Shown: positions 1-11,896 of the stretch, in pieces
Numbering within the stretch: position 1 is the stretch's first letter
Layout of the letters: each line of letters opens with the position of its first letter
Position numbers and translations under genes: made by a program
The notes under the pieces: generated by a model
The model's database searches: none
What the model saw: only the letters and a program-made list of their open reading frames with translations
Told to the model about the DNA's origin: nothing
NCBI GenBank assembly: GCA_010909165.1
Contig: MU008164.1
Location: 1,674,001 to 1,738,000, forward strand
DNA length: 64,000 bases
Direction of reading: 5' to 3'
Origin: Anthoceros angustus
Lineage: Eukaryota; Plantae; Anthocerotophyta

Positions 1-1409
1 GTCCATTGAATTGTTTGTACCTCATGCCATTCCAGAAAATATCTTGAGTTGATATAGTCAAGGCATATTTCCAATTAACACGCAAAACTAGCAGTTCCAG
101 ACAGGATTAAGAATGCAGCTTTCAAGAAAAATGCATCGAAACAGGCCCACGGATACAGTTGGCAGGCACTGATCAGGGAGCCAAACACCCCAATGAAGGC
201 CAGGAACTCAATCCTGTCATTAGTTTTGACCAGAAACTCCTGCACAGACTAGATCACCGTCAGTGGACAGTAATCACGTATGCCACTGCCAGCAACATGC
301 CAAAGGATCGTTATTGACAGCAGACAACAGACCTCGCTGACATTGGTGAAACCATACAGTGTTGCACCCGCAAGCATTAGCATATCTCCAAGAAGAGGAT
401 TGCTTCCTCCTGTGCAAACAGAAGCACGCGGGAATCAACAGAAGCCATATACCACGGCTACAGAAACAGAAAGTCTGCAATGCTGAAAACGATGAAGAAT
501 AGCAGCAATCCTGCAAGTACTAGTTGGTGAAAATAGTACATACCAGATCGATCAGCAGCATGTACATCAGAGACAACTAAAAGAACCAGGCCCGTGACAC
601 ACAAAGCAATGCCAACCAAGTGGCTGGGTAGGTACTTTGTTTTCAGCAGCAGCCATGTCAAAAATATGACACAAGGAATGGTCCAGCAATCCAGCAGCAT
701 AATACTCGTGATAGATGTGTATTGATAGGCGTACACCCCTGTGATGGCAAGAAAGAAAGAAAGATGAATGAGCCACAAACCATTACTCTCTCATCTGGAA
801 GAAAGTCCAAATTTGAGTAGTTATGACAAGCAGAATGAACAAAGACAGACCCAGATAGTTGGCCTCCACATCGATAAAGGCCAGGAGCAAGTAGACATAC
901 CACGGCACCTGCAAGGCGCAAGCCACTGTCAAAACCAAAAAGCTCAAAGCCGACCGTCCCACCCACCAGCGACGAGTTGCCAACCCAAAAAAGGGTGCAA
1001 ATGCATCAGGTTTAGAATTCAAGACAACATGACAGAACCAGACCCGAACTACAAATGTACAAGCAGGAAAACCTGACATCTGTTCGGGCGTCGTAGAACA
1101 ATAGACCCGTAGACAATTGCAAGGAGGAGGTACACAAACACGCATTGGAAAACAGGGGCATTAATACCTGCAAAACACCGAAAGTAAACGAGTTCAATCA
1201 TCGATCATGAAACCAGCACTCTGCACGACCTCGCTTTTCCTACAGTCACGCACGGGATCGAAAGCATGAGCAGGTACGCAGCACGAATCGCGTGATGGCA
1301 TACCTTGGCGAGCCAATTCTGAGGTGGAGAAGGCAGCGCCAGTGAGCAGCAGTGAGATGAACTGGCCTAACCCCAGCGCCAGGAGCGTGCGCCCATGGGT
1401 TAGCTCCAT
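1..1409 (-). CDS. SLC35F1/F2-like (DUF914) membrane transporter, 3' end beyond window start; exons approx. 1409-1304, 1167-1073, 908-851, 738-544, 409-333, 239-157, 42-<1
   Basis: Spliced translation at GT-AG sites gives MELTHGRTLLALGLGQFISLLLTG...GINAPVFQ...VPWYVYLLLAFIDVEANYL...AYQYTSITSIMLLDCWTIP...GGSNPLLGDMLMLAGATLYGFTNVSE-EFLVK, which are characteristic SLC35F motifs. Confidence 0.85.
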
Positions 1410-1706
1410 GCTTACTCGACGGCTCAGCCCTCAGTCGCTCCCATCCATCGCAGGATACGGGACCTTGCCATGGGTTTCACATTGAAAATGCTTTTACGTC
1501 TCTCGAAGTCCTCCAGAATCGAACCGGATACAGTACTGTATGCAACTGAAAATTCTCCCTCGTATTATTAGCTTTCGTGAAAAGAGAGCGAATCAGGTAG
1601 CGTGATGCCACCAGGGTCAAGCTGATCAACTATCTGCAACGTTTTGCGTGCTTCTCCGACATCATGTTACACACCATGTCTTGCAGGATGGCAGTTTGCG
1701 TGTTGC

Positions 1707-1723
1707 TTAGGGTTTAGGGTTTA
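1707..1723. promoter_or_regulatory. Telo-box (TTAGGGTTTAGGGTTTA) just past the GH31 stop and ~300 bp upstream of the SLC35F ATG
   Basis: About 2.4 copies of the plant telomeric heptamer; AAACCCTA telo-boxes are known plant promoter elements. Confidence 0.45.
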
Positions 1724-1734
1724 CAATACGACAA

Positions 1735-4700
1735 TCAAGCAGATGACCAGCTGATGTCGAGATTCTCGCCCATGGACAAGTGAAGCCCGGTTATGTCTGC
1801 GCGCAAACGGGAGGGATCATGGGATACTCGCACCTGTGAGGATGGGGCAGCATTGTTGATCAAGACATTCGTGGGCAGGGTTGAAACTCCCAAGAGTACC
1901 ACATTCTGCAGCACCAGCTCCTGGTCAGTAGCATAGGCCCCGGTGGCTCCTACTCTGGCTTGCAGGAAGCCTTGGGTTGGAGATAAGGTGGCAGTGTAGG
2001 CAACCATGGTGGATTTCCCTGGGGTGAGTTTCATCTCTGTCTCATTGTCGTCGTCGAGGAACAGTTGCCCTCTGGCACCTTGAGACTCTGATGTTGTTGC
2101 CTCCAATGAGAAGGCGACAAGCAGTGAAAAAGGAGTCTTGCGGGAGAGGGTGGTGGTCAGCCTGCTTTCTTGCATGGGGACAATGGCGCCTTCGTGGACA
2201 TGGACGTTCACGACTTCTAGAGCAGCTGGCAGTGTCTGATACGAGCCTTTGGAGCCGGTGACATGTGAGGAATCGAATAGATTGTACCAAGTCCCCTTTG
2301 GAAAGTAGGCGTTTACAGATGAGGCCCCTGCTGCCAGAACTGGTGAAACCAAAATACAGGATCCCAGCAAAAATTGCTCAGAAATGGCCAGAGACTCTGG
2401 ATCTTCAACGAACTCAAAGAAGAGAGGTCTGGCAATAGGATGGCCCTTGACATGAGCTTCGTGAGCCAAAGTGTAGAGGAAAGGTAGCAGGCGGTACCGA
2501 AGACCGAGGGCAGTCCGAGCAGACGCGGCCACCGTTTTCCAGAGGTAGAGTTCCTGGTAACTGCTGTCGATATGCGAATGGTTTCTAGCGAAGGGATAGA
2601 ATGCACCCAGCTGAATCCACCGATTCATCAGCTCTTCCCCAGCATCTCCCATAAAACCACCAATGTCTGCACCCACCATGAGGATGCCGAACATCCCGGA
2701 GCCCAGGATTCCTACGACAGAGTAAGCCAGATCGTGGAAGGATGATGCGTTGTCGCCTGTCCAGTGGGCGGCATACTTCCCAGACCCGACAAAAGTTGAT
2801 CGAGAAAGGATGAAAGGGCGCTTCCCGAGTACTGTTCGCAGGGCCTTCTCAGTCATTATGGCCTCACACAGACCATACAGGTTATGGGCGTCGTACTCCA
2901 GAACGCCATTGAAGTGCCGGGCACTGGTTGCAATGGTGTACATTCCCAGATTTCTCCTGGTGCCTCCGTCATTGATGCTGTAGGGAGGATTGTCCCAGCG
3001 TGATGGGTTCTCAGAAGCGCAACTCAAGCAAGGTGTCGTCGGGGAGCCCTTGTCAGGGCAAACCTGGTTCACAGGATAGGTGCACGTCAGGCCGGTGGAA
3101 AAATTTGATGCCTCGTTCATATCAATCCACAAACCATCGAAGGGCACTTTGTCATGGAAGTCCGAAATTTCTCTCGTCCAATACGAGGCTGTGGTAGGAT
3201 CCAGAAAGTCTGGAAAGTTGACAGGCCCCGGCCAAACTTGTCCAAGGTAGTTGTCACCATTGACATCCTTGATATAAATGTCAGCCTCAAGACCTCTGTC
3301 ATAAGATGGGTAGTTGTCAACCGCATTGATGCCTGCACAACATTGATTGTGCAAGGTGTGAGTTCAACTTTCACACGAAGTCCTGAAAGTGACAACTTCG
3401 GAACTTTGCATTCACGAGTTTCGTGTAGGTAGTTTGGCAGTTCTGGGTGAAGGGAGCTTACCAGGGTCCACGATCATGACATATTTCTTCCCGTCTGCAT
3501 GCAGCTCATCAGCAAATTTCCGGAGCCTATCCGCTGGAAAATTGACAGGATCGAATGTGAAGTCTCTACAGCTGTCCATGTAGTCTATGTCCGACCACAT
3601 CACGTCGAGCGGAATATTTGCTTCCTTGTACCCGGAGACCACTCTCTCCAATTCATCCACGTTTTTGTAGCCCCACCTACACTGATGGTAACCTACACAG
3701 TCAAGGATGTGTAGTTTCACAAAACAGGTGGACATGCCGAGGACACCACGTTGCTGCGAACAGTAAGTAACAGCGTCGAGAACACACAGCAAGTGCCTGC
3801 AAACAGGGGAAGTGGGACCTTACCAAAAGACCAGTACGGCATGGGCGCAGGCCTTCCTACGAGTTGGGTGTACTGTGACACCACTGACAAGGGAGAGCCA
3901 CCCCCAAAAAAGTAGAAATCCAGTACCCCTCCAACAACTCGGTAGGTCAGGCAGTGGGATGAGTAGGAGACATCCATGCCATTACTGTTTAGGAGAAGCA
4001 CACCATGAGTGGCACCACCTCGTCTTACATCCATGTAGAAGGGAAAGGCACCATACAAGTTCACGTCGGTGGATAGGCTGGGAATATCTGCGGCCCATAG
4101 TGTGTAAGTCTCCCCTTGCGCTAGCCTCAAGCCTTTGGACCGTGTGCTCTCACCCAACCCATACAAGGATGCATCATGGGGAATCTGAGTCGATATCTCC
4201 AAGTACTGATCCTTGAACACCAAGCTGGCAGAAGCATGGTCACCCTTGGCTGTGTTGAAAAGGACCTCACCAGTGCCTTTCCTACTCACTGTGAAGCTGA
4301 AAGGATCCAGGCTGTACGAGAAATCCAAGCTCCGGGAAGAGAAGTTCTCTTCTCCTGACTCCCCATCACCACCACTCCGGGGTATGAGCTCTTCCGGAAT
4401 TTCCCATCGTTCCTTACTGCTATCGGTGATTTTCACATGGACCCTGTCAGGAGTTTCGTACCTGAGCAAAGAGCTGGTGTTAGACCAGCCACTTCCCGTC
4501 CCACACACGATAAGATGCTTCAACCGACAGGTCTGGAGCAGACAGGCAGATAGACAGACCTCACGGTCAGCAGCAGGTCCGTTAAATCCTGTCCATACGT
4601 CTGGGTCCCTCGGATGAGCTTCAAGTTCGCAACAATGCAACTACCATCTCCAGTTTCCGAAACAGACGTGACCCGGTACCCATAACCCACTACATAATTT

Positions 4701-5087
4701 GCAAGGGAAAAGCCCAGGTGCAGCAAATCAGGAACATTTGACGATGAAGAGGGAAGCAAAGGAAAGAATGTTGACACCCTTCCTACCATTCGCGTCGATG
4801 GGCGGCTCAAATTGCGGCGTTTCAGCCTCTGCCTCCGAGCTCCCGCTGCCCGGAAGAGAGAGCGTGAGCGCCGAGCTGCCAGCCAAGAGCTGTCTCCTGC
4901 TCACAGTGCACGCCATGGGTCCCTGGCTGTCTTCCACAGAAGCACTTGCCTCGCAAACCGAGCCTCTGCGTGATATGGAAGAAGCCTGCACTGCCAGGCT
5001 CCGAGAACCGGCAGCTGCACTGGCCTTGCAATGAGATGGCAATGTGGGCCTGCTGGGGCAGCAAGCGCAGGAGGCTCTGAACGCCAT
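1735..5087 (-). CDS. Glycoside hydrolase family 31 alpha-glucosidase/alpha-xylosidase (AGLU/XYL1-like); exons 5087-4787, 4689-4560, 4461-3824, 3692-3462, 3332-1735
   Basis: WIDMNE nucleophile motif, HWTGDN acid/base motif, [23 protein letters not shown]; canonical phase-consistent introns checked by eye; exon 1 assignment is less certain than the rest. Confidence 0.93.
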
Positions 5088-5469
5088 GGCTGGCAAGTGC
5101 AGGCTTCTTTTCCCCGCAGCCTGTGGAAGAAGGCAGCGGCCAGCTAGCCAGCCAGGAGTGTGAGGTGAGGTGAGGAACTTTTTGTTAGCATGAACCTAGG
5201 TGGATCAGAATTCGGAGGCTCTGATCATTCCAGACACACATTTGATGGGCAGTTGATGAAAGAGAAACATTTGCAGATGCGGTGAAGATGGAAAGGAGCC
5301 CAGCGCGCGCTCTCCCTTCGGCTGCTGCGCTTGAGGTGGGCTCGGGCCTAACGGAACTGTTAGACGGAGCGACCTTGGTTGGAATTCAAAGAAGCAGGAT
5401 GCAGGCGGTGGTGGTGAAAGGCAGACCGTTGCGGGACATCAGAGGAGGAATCGATGCATTGGGCTGGCG

Positions 5470-6810
5470 ATGGGGGACCCGGGAGACGGAGACGATGGCC
5501 TGGGAGAGGTGGAGGGCTGGCGCGCGGCGCAGGCAGGGCATCAGGAATGGCACCAGGAAGGGCATCACAGGGCTGCGCTGGGGCATCACAGGAGTGGGAA
5601 TGCGGGCGGGAACGCACCTGGGCCTGGAACCTCGGCCTCGGACTCAGCGTGGCATTCCCTGGTGCAGCAGGGCGGGCATCTGGTGGTCACCATCCTGTCG
5701 GCGCAGGGCTTGAAGGACGTGTGCATGTTCGGGAAGATGAGCCCGTACGCCGTGGCCTGGATCGAGCCGCAGGAGAAGCAGGCCACCCCGGCGGCCCGCA
5801 ACGCCGGCAAGACACCCTCCTGGGTCGCCAAGCTCTGCCTCCGCCTGCAACCGCACCATGTCCAGGCCCACGCCAGGGACCATGCCCATTCCCACGCCCA
5901 TTCTCACTCCAACTCCCACTCCCTGTCCATCCAGATCTTCAACGGGGATGGCGCCGACGCCGTCCTCATCGGCGGGGTGAGCATTCCGTTGCAGGACATC
6001 GTGCGCAGCAGGGCGGCTGTGGAGGGGGAGGAGTTCCTCTCCTGCCAGCTGCTGCGACCGTCGGGGAGGATCCAGGGGGTGGTGAACCTGTCGGTGCAGT
6101 TGCTGCCTGTGCACGACGGCCATAGCCAGGGCCCTGCGCAAGGCCAGGGCCAGCTTTGCTCCGTGAGGGAAGAGCCGGAGCAGGAACAGGAGGAGGAGGA
6201 GGAGCGGGATGGTGGGCAGGAGCCAGCAGCAGCCTGCACCAGTAACCCTAGCTCTCCCCGGGGCCAAATCCAGCAGCACCAGCAGCAGATGCAGCAGTTA
6301 CAGCAACAGATACAGCAGCACCAGCATCAGATTGAGCACATCCAACAGACCCAACGGCAGCAGGTGCTGGAGCACTCGGATTCCCGGCACCGGCTCGACA
6401 CCTCTCCGGCCTCCTCCAGTGGGGATCAGGACGGGCAACACGGGGACGATGCATGGGGGGAGCAGCAACAGCATCAGCACCACCGAGGGCTCAGACCTGA
6501 AGGAGACGCGGAATCGAGGCACCCAAGGAGGAGGATGTCTGGGCACTTCTCAGAGGTTGCTCCGGATGCCCTGAACCTGGCCAACATGTGCGAGCAAGGT
6601 CACGCTCCTCTTCCCGACGGCGCAGCACCGGCGGCGTTGGCGACTGGACCGGCCTTCGATTCTGCTGGCTCTGGGGACCCCACGGGCCTAGGGGTTGGCG
6701 TTGGCGTCACAGGTGGCTCCCTCGGGGCTGCTGTTTTGGTGGAGGTGGTGATGGCAGACATGGCAGGCGCCTTGTCTGGAGGTGACGGGTCCATCGGCCA
6801 TCTCTTCTGA
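5470..6810 (+). CDS. Single-exon C2-domain protein (SRC2/BAP-like) with His-rich insert, Gln-rich middle and Gly-rich hydrophobic C-terminus; divergent from GH31
   Basis: 446-aa ORF; LVVTILSAQGLKDV...MSPYAVAWI...GKTPSW...LIGGVSIPL...LLRPSGRIQGVVNLSV is a typical SRC2-type C2 domain; true start codon uncertain. Confidence 0.8.
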   Translation: MGDPGDGDDGLGEVEGWRAAQAGHQEWHQEGHHRAALGHHRSGNAGGNAPGPGTSASDSAWHSLVQQGGHLVVTILSAQGLKDVCMFGKMSPYAVAWIEPQEKQATPAARNAGKTPSWVAKLCLRLQPHHVQAHARDHAHSHAHSHSNSHSLSIQIFNGDGADAVLIGGVSIPLQDIVRSRAAVEGEEFLSCQLLRPSGRIQGVVNLSVQLLPVHDGHSQGPAQGQGQLCSVREEPEQEQEEEEERDGGQEPAAACTSNPSSPRGQIQQHQQQMQQLQQQIQQHQHQIEHIQQTQRQQVLEHSDSRHRLDTSPASSSGDQDGQHGDDAWGEQQQHQHHRGLRPEGDAESRHPRRRMSGHFSEVAPDALNLANMCEQGHAPLPDGAAPAALATGPAFDSAGSGDPTGLGVGVGVTGGSLGAAVLVEVVMADMAGALSGGDGSIGHLF

Positions 6811-7345
6811 CTTGAGGCCTTCCTCTTCGTTTCTTCTTCACCAATCCCATCCAATTCTTCTTCTTCGTCTGTCAAAAGTCGGACAGAAGATGGAATTGCT
6901 GCAGATGCGTCCTTCTCTTGTGCATCACCCACCAAAATGCGCTACCTTGTGGCCGGTAAATCTCCCTTGAAGTTTGAAGGCCAGGCATGGACGGTGTTCA
7001 TCCAACAAGCATCCACCCGGAAGGAATAGCATCCGGGAAATTACGAGACACATTGTTTATTGTTGCAACTTTACAGAAGCGGTTTTGCCCACTCGCAAGA
7101 ATCAGCACATACGAATGACTCGATCACCCACTGCAGTAGCCTACATGTTCAAAATTTCCTTCCAGCCGGGAAAGTGTTGTGAACAAAAAAGCGCCGATGA
7201 AGAGCGTCTAGCAAACAGCAGACCTAACACGCTGCTGCCTCAGCTTCTTGGACCAGCACGAAAACAGCAACAACAAGTTAGCTGTTTCCGAATCGCTGAC
7301 ATGAGTGTAGCTCAAGGTAGTACATATCTCATGCAGAGTAGAGGC

Positions 7346-9144
7346 TTAGAAGTGGAGTAGGGAAGATAGCACAGCCGACATGGCAAGACAGCAGAGTATC
7401 GTCCATGCAAGGTCCCTGCCAGGGCCTCCTCCGATTGCATTGTTGCGAGAATTCGCAGGTTTGCTGCAAGACCCAACAAGGTGAAGCAAAGGGCTGGTCA
7501 GAAAAGAAGGAACATCCGGGGGAACTCGAACAGAAGGAAGGAAGCGTATGTGGAGCAAGAGTGGCTTACCTTCCGGGGTATGTACAGCTACCATAACCTG
7601 CAGCCAAAGAGCAAGGGGGCAGACATAAGACAGTGACTTCAGCAATTGGTTGTGCAGAGCATGCTAACAGATAGAGGAGAGAGCAAACATGGAAGGTGGG
7701 TGGGTGAGCTTCGTCCTCTTACTGGGATCCTGGTAGGTGATGGTGGCAGTACCCCCAAAGTCACAGGTGCCAGGAGCGTTGTCGAACATCTGGTAGTAGC
7801 TGTTGTAGGCCCAGGAGGCATGGCTGGCCACAGTGTTGGGCAGGAAGCATTTCCCACTCGGCTGAATCTGCTTGCACCCAGCAACGGCGATCCCGCAAGC
7901 ATAGTCCAAACCGAGCTGCAGGGCGGTGCCGCTCACACCAGACTTGGCAATGCACCAGGAGGTGGCGGAAGCGTTGGGGAGCAGCCCACTTCCGGACCAG
8001 TCCAGGGCATAGACAGCCGTCTTGTTAGGATAGTAGAGCCCCCAGTTCCTGGCAGACGTAGGGCCGGGCAAGGCATTCTCATTGAAAAGCTCGTAGATCA
8101 TGACCCCAATGTCCACCCCAGGCTTCTTGGGCGTCCCCGTCTGGTTGAGCAGCCGAAGAACCAGATTCTGGTTGTAGGTCTGCGCATTCCCCACAGTGAT
8201 CCCCGTCTCCGCCGTGTCCCCCACAGACGGCCACCCCGTGGCCGCCACCACCACCGGGACGTCGGAATAGTTGGCCGCCTCCATGGCATAGTAGAAAGCA
8301 TCCACCACAGCGTCGAACTCGTTGTAGTAGTGCAGCCCGGTGTTGGGATCGATGGTGCCCACATTGGGCCGGAACAGGGCGTAGTCCAGCGAGATCACAC
8401 TGCTGTGCTGGTAGTCGTTGCTGGGGTAGAGATTGAGCATGAGGTAAGAGCCCGTGGAGTCCAGAAACTGCAGCAGGGGAAGCACGAAGGTCTGCAGCAG
8501 GGACTGGTTGAAGCGCGCGTCGTAGGGCGGGAAGGAAGTGCCCAACACCGAGACTGCGTGGGGAGTAGAGATCTTCACCGCCCCGTCCAGCTTCGCCGCC
8601 TGCAAAGCCGCGTGCAGGTTGGCCATGGCCGGCACCAGGTACGGCGCCACCAGGGCCGACTGGTCCTGCGTCAGCACCTCATTCCCCACCGTGATCCCGC
8701 TGATGTTCACCGCCGGGACGTAGGCCAGCACGTTGTTCTTCACCCACGCCTGCGCTGTGGTGTTGCTCACCGCGATGCCCAGAATCTCCTGGTCCTGTAC
8801 TGCGATCCAGAGCAGGATGTCGGACCCCCCGAACGCCTGGATCACGGCAGCGTCCGAGTTGTATATCCGGCAGTAGCCGACCCCCAAACCCTTGAGCAAA
8901 GCCACTGCATCTGCCGGTACCGGCAGGTTGTCTCCCCTCGTCCCGTAATTCACACCCACAAATGCCCCTGCACCAATGCAATGCACAATGCACCATGCAA
9001 TGCAGTCCATCAGCCTTCTCCCTGGCGGGGATTAACCACAACCACAATCACCCAAACCCAAACCCAACCTGCTAGGCCGCCTGACTGCAGCAGCCACAGA
9101 ACCAGCAAGGCCAAGCTCGCCCAGACGCCCCGCCTCCCCACCAT
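7346..9144 (-). CDS. GH17 glucan endo-1,3-beta-glucosidase with X8 (CBM43) domain and GPI-anchor-like tail; exons 9144-9069, 8967-7723, 7597-7570, 7463-7346
   Basis: Signal peptide MVGRRGVWASLALLVLWLL, FVGVNYG, ITVGNE, TGWPS, YELFNEN, RNWGL, X8 WCIAK...LDYACG...CDFGG...GSCTYP, hydrophobic C-terminus; canonical splice sites. Confidence 0.93.
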
Positions 9145-9191
9145 CCCTTCCTCCTTCCCCCAATCCCGCTGCTCCAAATGCTGCTCCTTGC

Positions 9192-9345
9192 GTTGTTGCT
9201 GCTGCTGCTGCTGCTGCTGTAAATGCGAATGTTGTAGTTCCTGCACATGCAAATGCTGTTGTTGCAGCAAATGCGAATGCAAATGCAAATGTTGCTGCTG
9301 CGAATGCAGAAACCTCAAGCTCCTGGCAGCAGCAGCAGCAGCGAC
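9192..9345. repeat. CTG/CAG and TGCAAA-type microsatellites in the GH17 5' region
   Basis: (GCT)n at ~9198-9218, (GCA)n at ~9326-9342, tgcgaa/tgcaaa repeats between. Confidence 0.8.
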
Positions 9346-10616
9346 GAGCATTCCTTCATCGCCAGCTCGGCCGTCGGCATTGCCAGGGCCGGGATGCGAC
9401 CGCCCGGGCGCTGCAGGGCCGCCAACGGGCCGATCGCGGAGGGAGGATTTCACGCCCCACAAATTTTCACCGCCCAGCTGCCTCGCCCAGAGGACACACA
9501 AGCCGGCGGGCGGCTCGCTGCCGCTGCTGGCCGGGGAGACGTCTCGAGGTAAAAGCAGCTCATGAGTGGGGTGAAAACGTTGGCGTCCTGGGATTGCGTG
9601 CGGGGAAATCAGGGGGTAAGATGGCATCGTACGGTCTGGAGGCTGGGTAACTTCCGGGTCCGGGCCGGGGTTATCACGCCTAATTCGAAATTTTAAACGG
9701 GGAACAAGGCGGGGCCACGTGGAGGGGGCGGTGTGGCGGCAGGGCTTAGATGCGCACCGCGACATGCGGAGGGGACGTGCCGGGGAAAGGGACGCTTAAG
9801 TCCGGGTGCTTCATGGGCGCCGCCTCGGACACTGTGCGGGCCGCATCCTGCCTTCCGCGAGGCTTCGTGATTTGTGGTTTATTTTACTGTTTTATGGGAT
9901 AATGCGGACTGCGACTGCGACTGTGGCTGTGGGGGGAAATTCGTCTGGCAAACATGCCGTTTGGAGTGCACGGAGGAGCAAATAGACAAGGCGTCCCTGT
10001 CCAGAAGATTCCAGAGGCGGGTGTTTTGCGTTTTACGTTACATTGCGTATTATATACAGGGGGCTGGAGCTGCTGTGCACCCATGATGCTGGGCGATACA
10101 GGCAGATCTAGGAGGGCCCCGTTCTGGGCTTCCCTGTGCCCAGAGCCCAGTGCCCAGTGCCCTGTGGGGCCTGTCACAGGTGAGTGGGTTACATGAATAT
10201 GCTATATGTTTGTGGAAGCTCCCCAGCGCCTCAATGCAATTGGCTGTCAAAAATCTTGTTCCTCTTGTGTTTTGTGGGGTTATTACATATATGTATCTTC
10301 ATGGTCGGCTCTCATGAAGGAGGTGGCATCCGGACATGAATTCATTGGAACCTCACATTTGCAGTCGGGAGTCCTTCGGACACATCACGGCCAAGCTATA
10401 GTGCCGCCTATTGTAAAGAATCGTGCCCTGGTCTTCGTAGTTGTGGGGCATTTTGTTGTTAGAGTGCTACGGGGAGTCTCCTAATGAAATCCTTGTGCGC
10501 GACTTCCATGTACACTATGAAATACCTATGAAGTCTTCGGATTCGCCTAGAAAACAGATGAAGCCTTTACAATCCTATGTTTTCCAAAGGACCGGAAATT
10601 ATGTAGCATGGTGTTT

Positions 10617-10929
10617 CATGTTTCAATGATGAATATATTCTCTTGTTGGAATAACAAAATTTATATTGAAATAATATTCAAAAATAGAAGTATTTAAGAA
10701 GTTAATTTAGGAAAAGGAACCTTTATTATAAAAAAGAGATAGGAAAAACCCATGCACCCCAAAAACAAAGGGGGAAAAACCCAACCAAGGGTACCATGCT
10801 AGAAGACTAGCCCCCAAGAAGTCAATCTAGGGTGTCTCATGTTTCAATGATGAATATATTCTCTAATTGTAATAATAAAATTGATATCAAAATAATATAA
10901 AAAATAGAAGTATGTAAGAAGTCAATTTT
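10617..10929. repeat. Two ~90-bp AT-rich direct repeats (10617-10708, 10839-10929)
   Basis: Shared text catgtttcaatgatgaatatattctct...aaaatagaagtat.taagaagt.aattt. Confidence 0.7.
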
Positions 10930-11049
10930 GGGTATAAATATTTGTATCAGGAACCATTTACAAACACGAAGTCCGGAAGGTACACTGTCAGAGAGCAACA
11001 AGCCTATTACACTAGATATCTCAAAGCAGCAAGCATAGTGCACTAGTTT

Positions 11050-11166
11050 AATAACATGTTTAATTATTCAAAAGATTGAAAAGGTGTTAAAAAACCCTCT
11101 TTCAAATGATAACATGTTTAATTATTCAAAAGATTGAAAATGTGTTAAAAAACCCTCTTTCAAATG
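11050..11166. repeat. ~58-bp tandem duplication
   Basis: ataacatgtttaattattcaaaagattgaaaa.gtgttaaaaaaccctctttcaaatga present twice. Confidence 0.8.
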
Positions 11167-11896
11167 AATTTGACGCAATGCCTAGATCGTCTCTTGCTTA
11201 TTTGGTTAGTATGGGTCAATATGACCAAATTCCAAATTTTGATTACACTTGCAAACAAAGTTTGAAGTGCCTTATATTGAACTAATCTAACATTTATGCT
11301 TGAAGTTGCAAACGTCATAAACTCATTTCATATTCTCAACTGTGGTATAGAAAATTTTCACTTGTTCTCGTTTGCACTATGAATTCTGTAAATCATACTT
11401 TAAACTTTAACAGTGAAAATTTCTAGATACACAATCTAAAAAATTCGAAGATGCACAATCTCCAAAAATGACATACCTACACAATGTATCATTTCAGCTA
11501 TGCATTACAGTTATTAGCCCCTAGGTAAAAATAAAACAATAAGATCATAATTTATTGAAAAGATATTTAATGATTAAATAAATTCAATAAATTAGAATAA
11601 TACCCGCACAGTTCCCATACATCTCGATATTTGATGGATAAGCATCGTATTATACATCTTAAGAAGGATAAATAAAAAACCTCCTTAGAATGCAAGTAGC
11701 TTGGAAATTCTTCTGTAAACAATCGCGTAGTATAATATATTTAGGTGATAGAATTTGAATGTAAATTAATTTTGTAAAATTTTTTCTATAAAAATGGTAA
11801 AGTGTTCAAAGAGAAACAAAATTATTCAAGTTCATTAGAACAAATAACTTTGAGTTGCCAATGTCATACTGTACACACCATATACCTCAAAGTTCA

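Noticed and set aside
7646-9565. 639-aa + strand ORF
   Set aside because: Antisense shadow of the GC-rich GH17 gene plus microsatellite-derived poly-Cys; no recognisable motifs.
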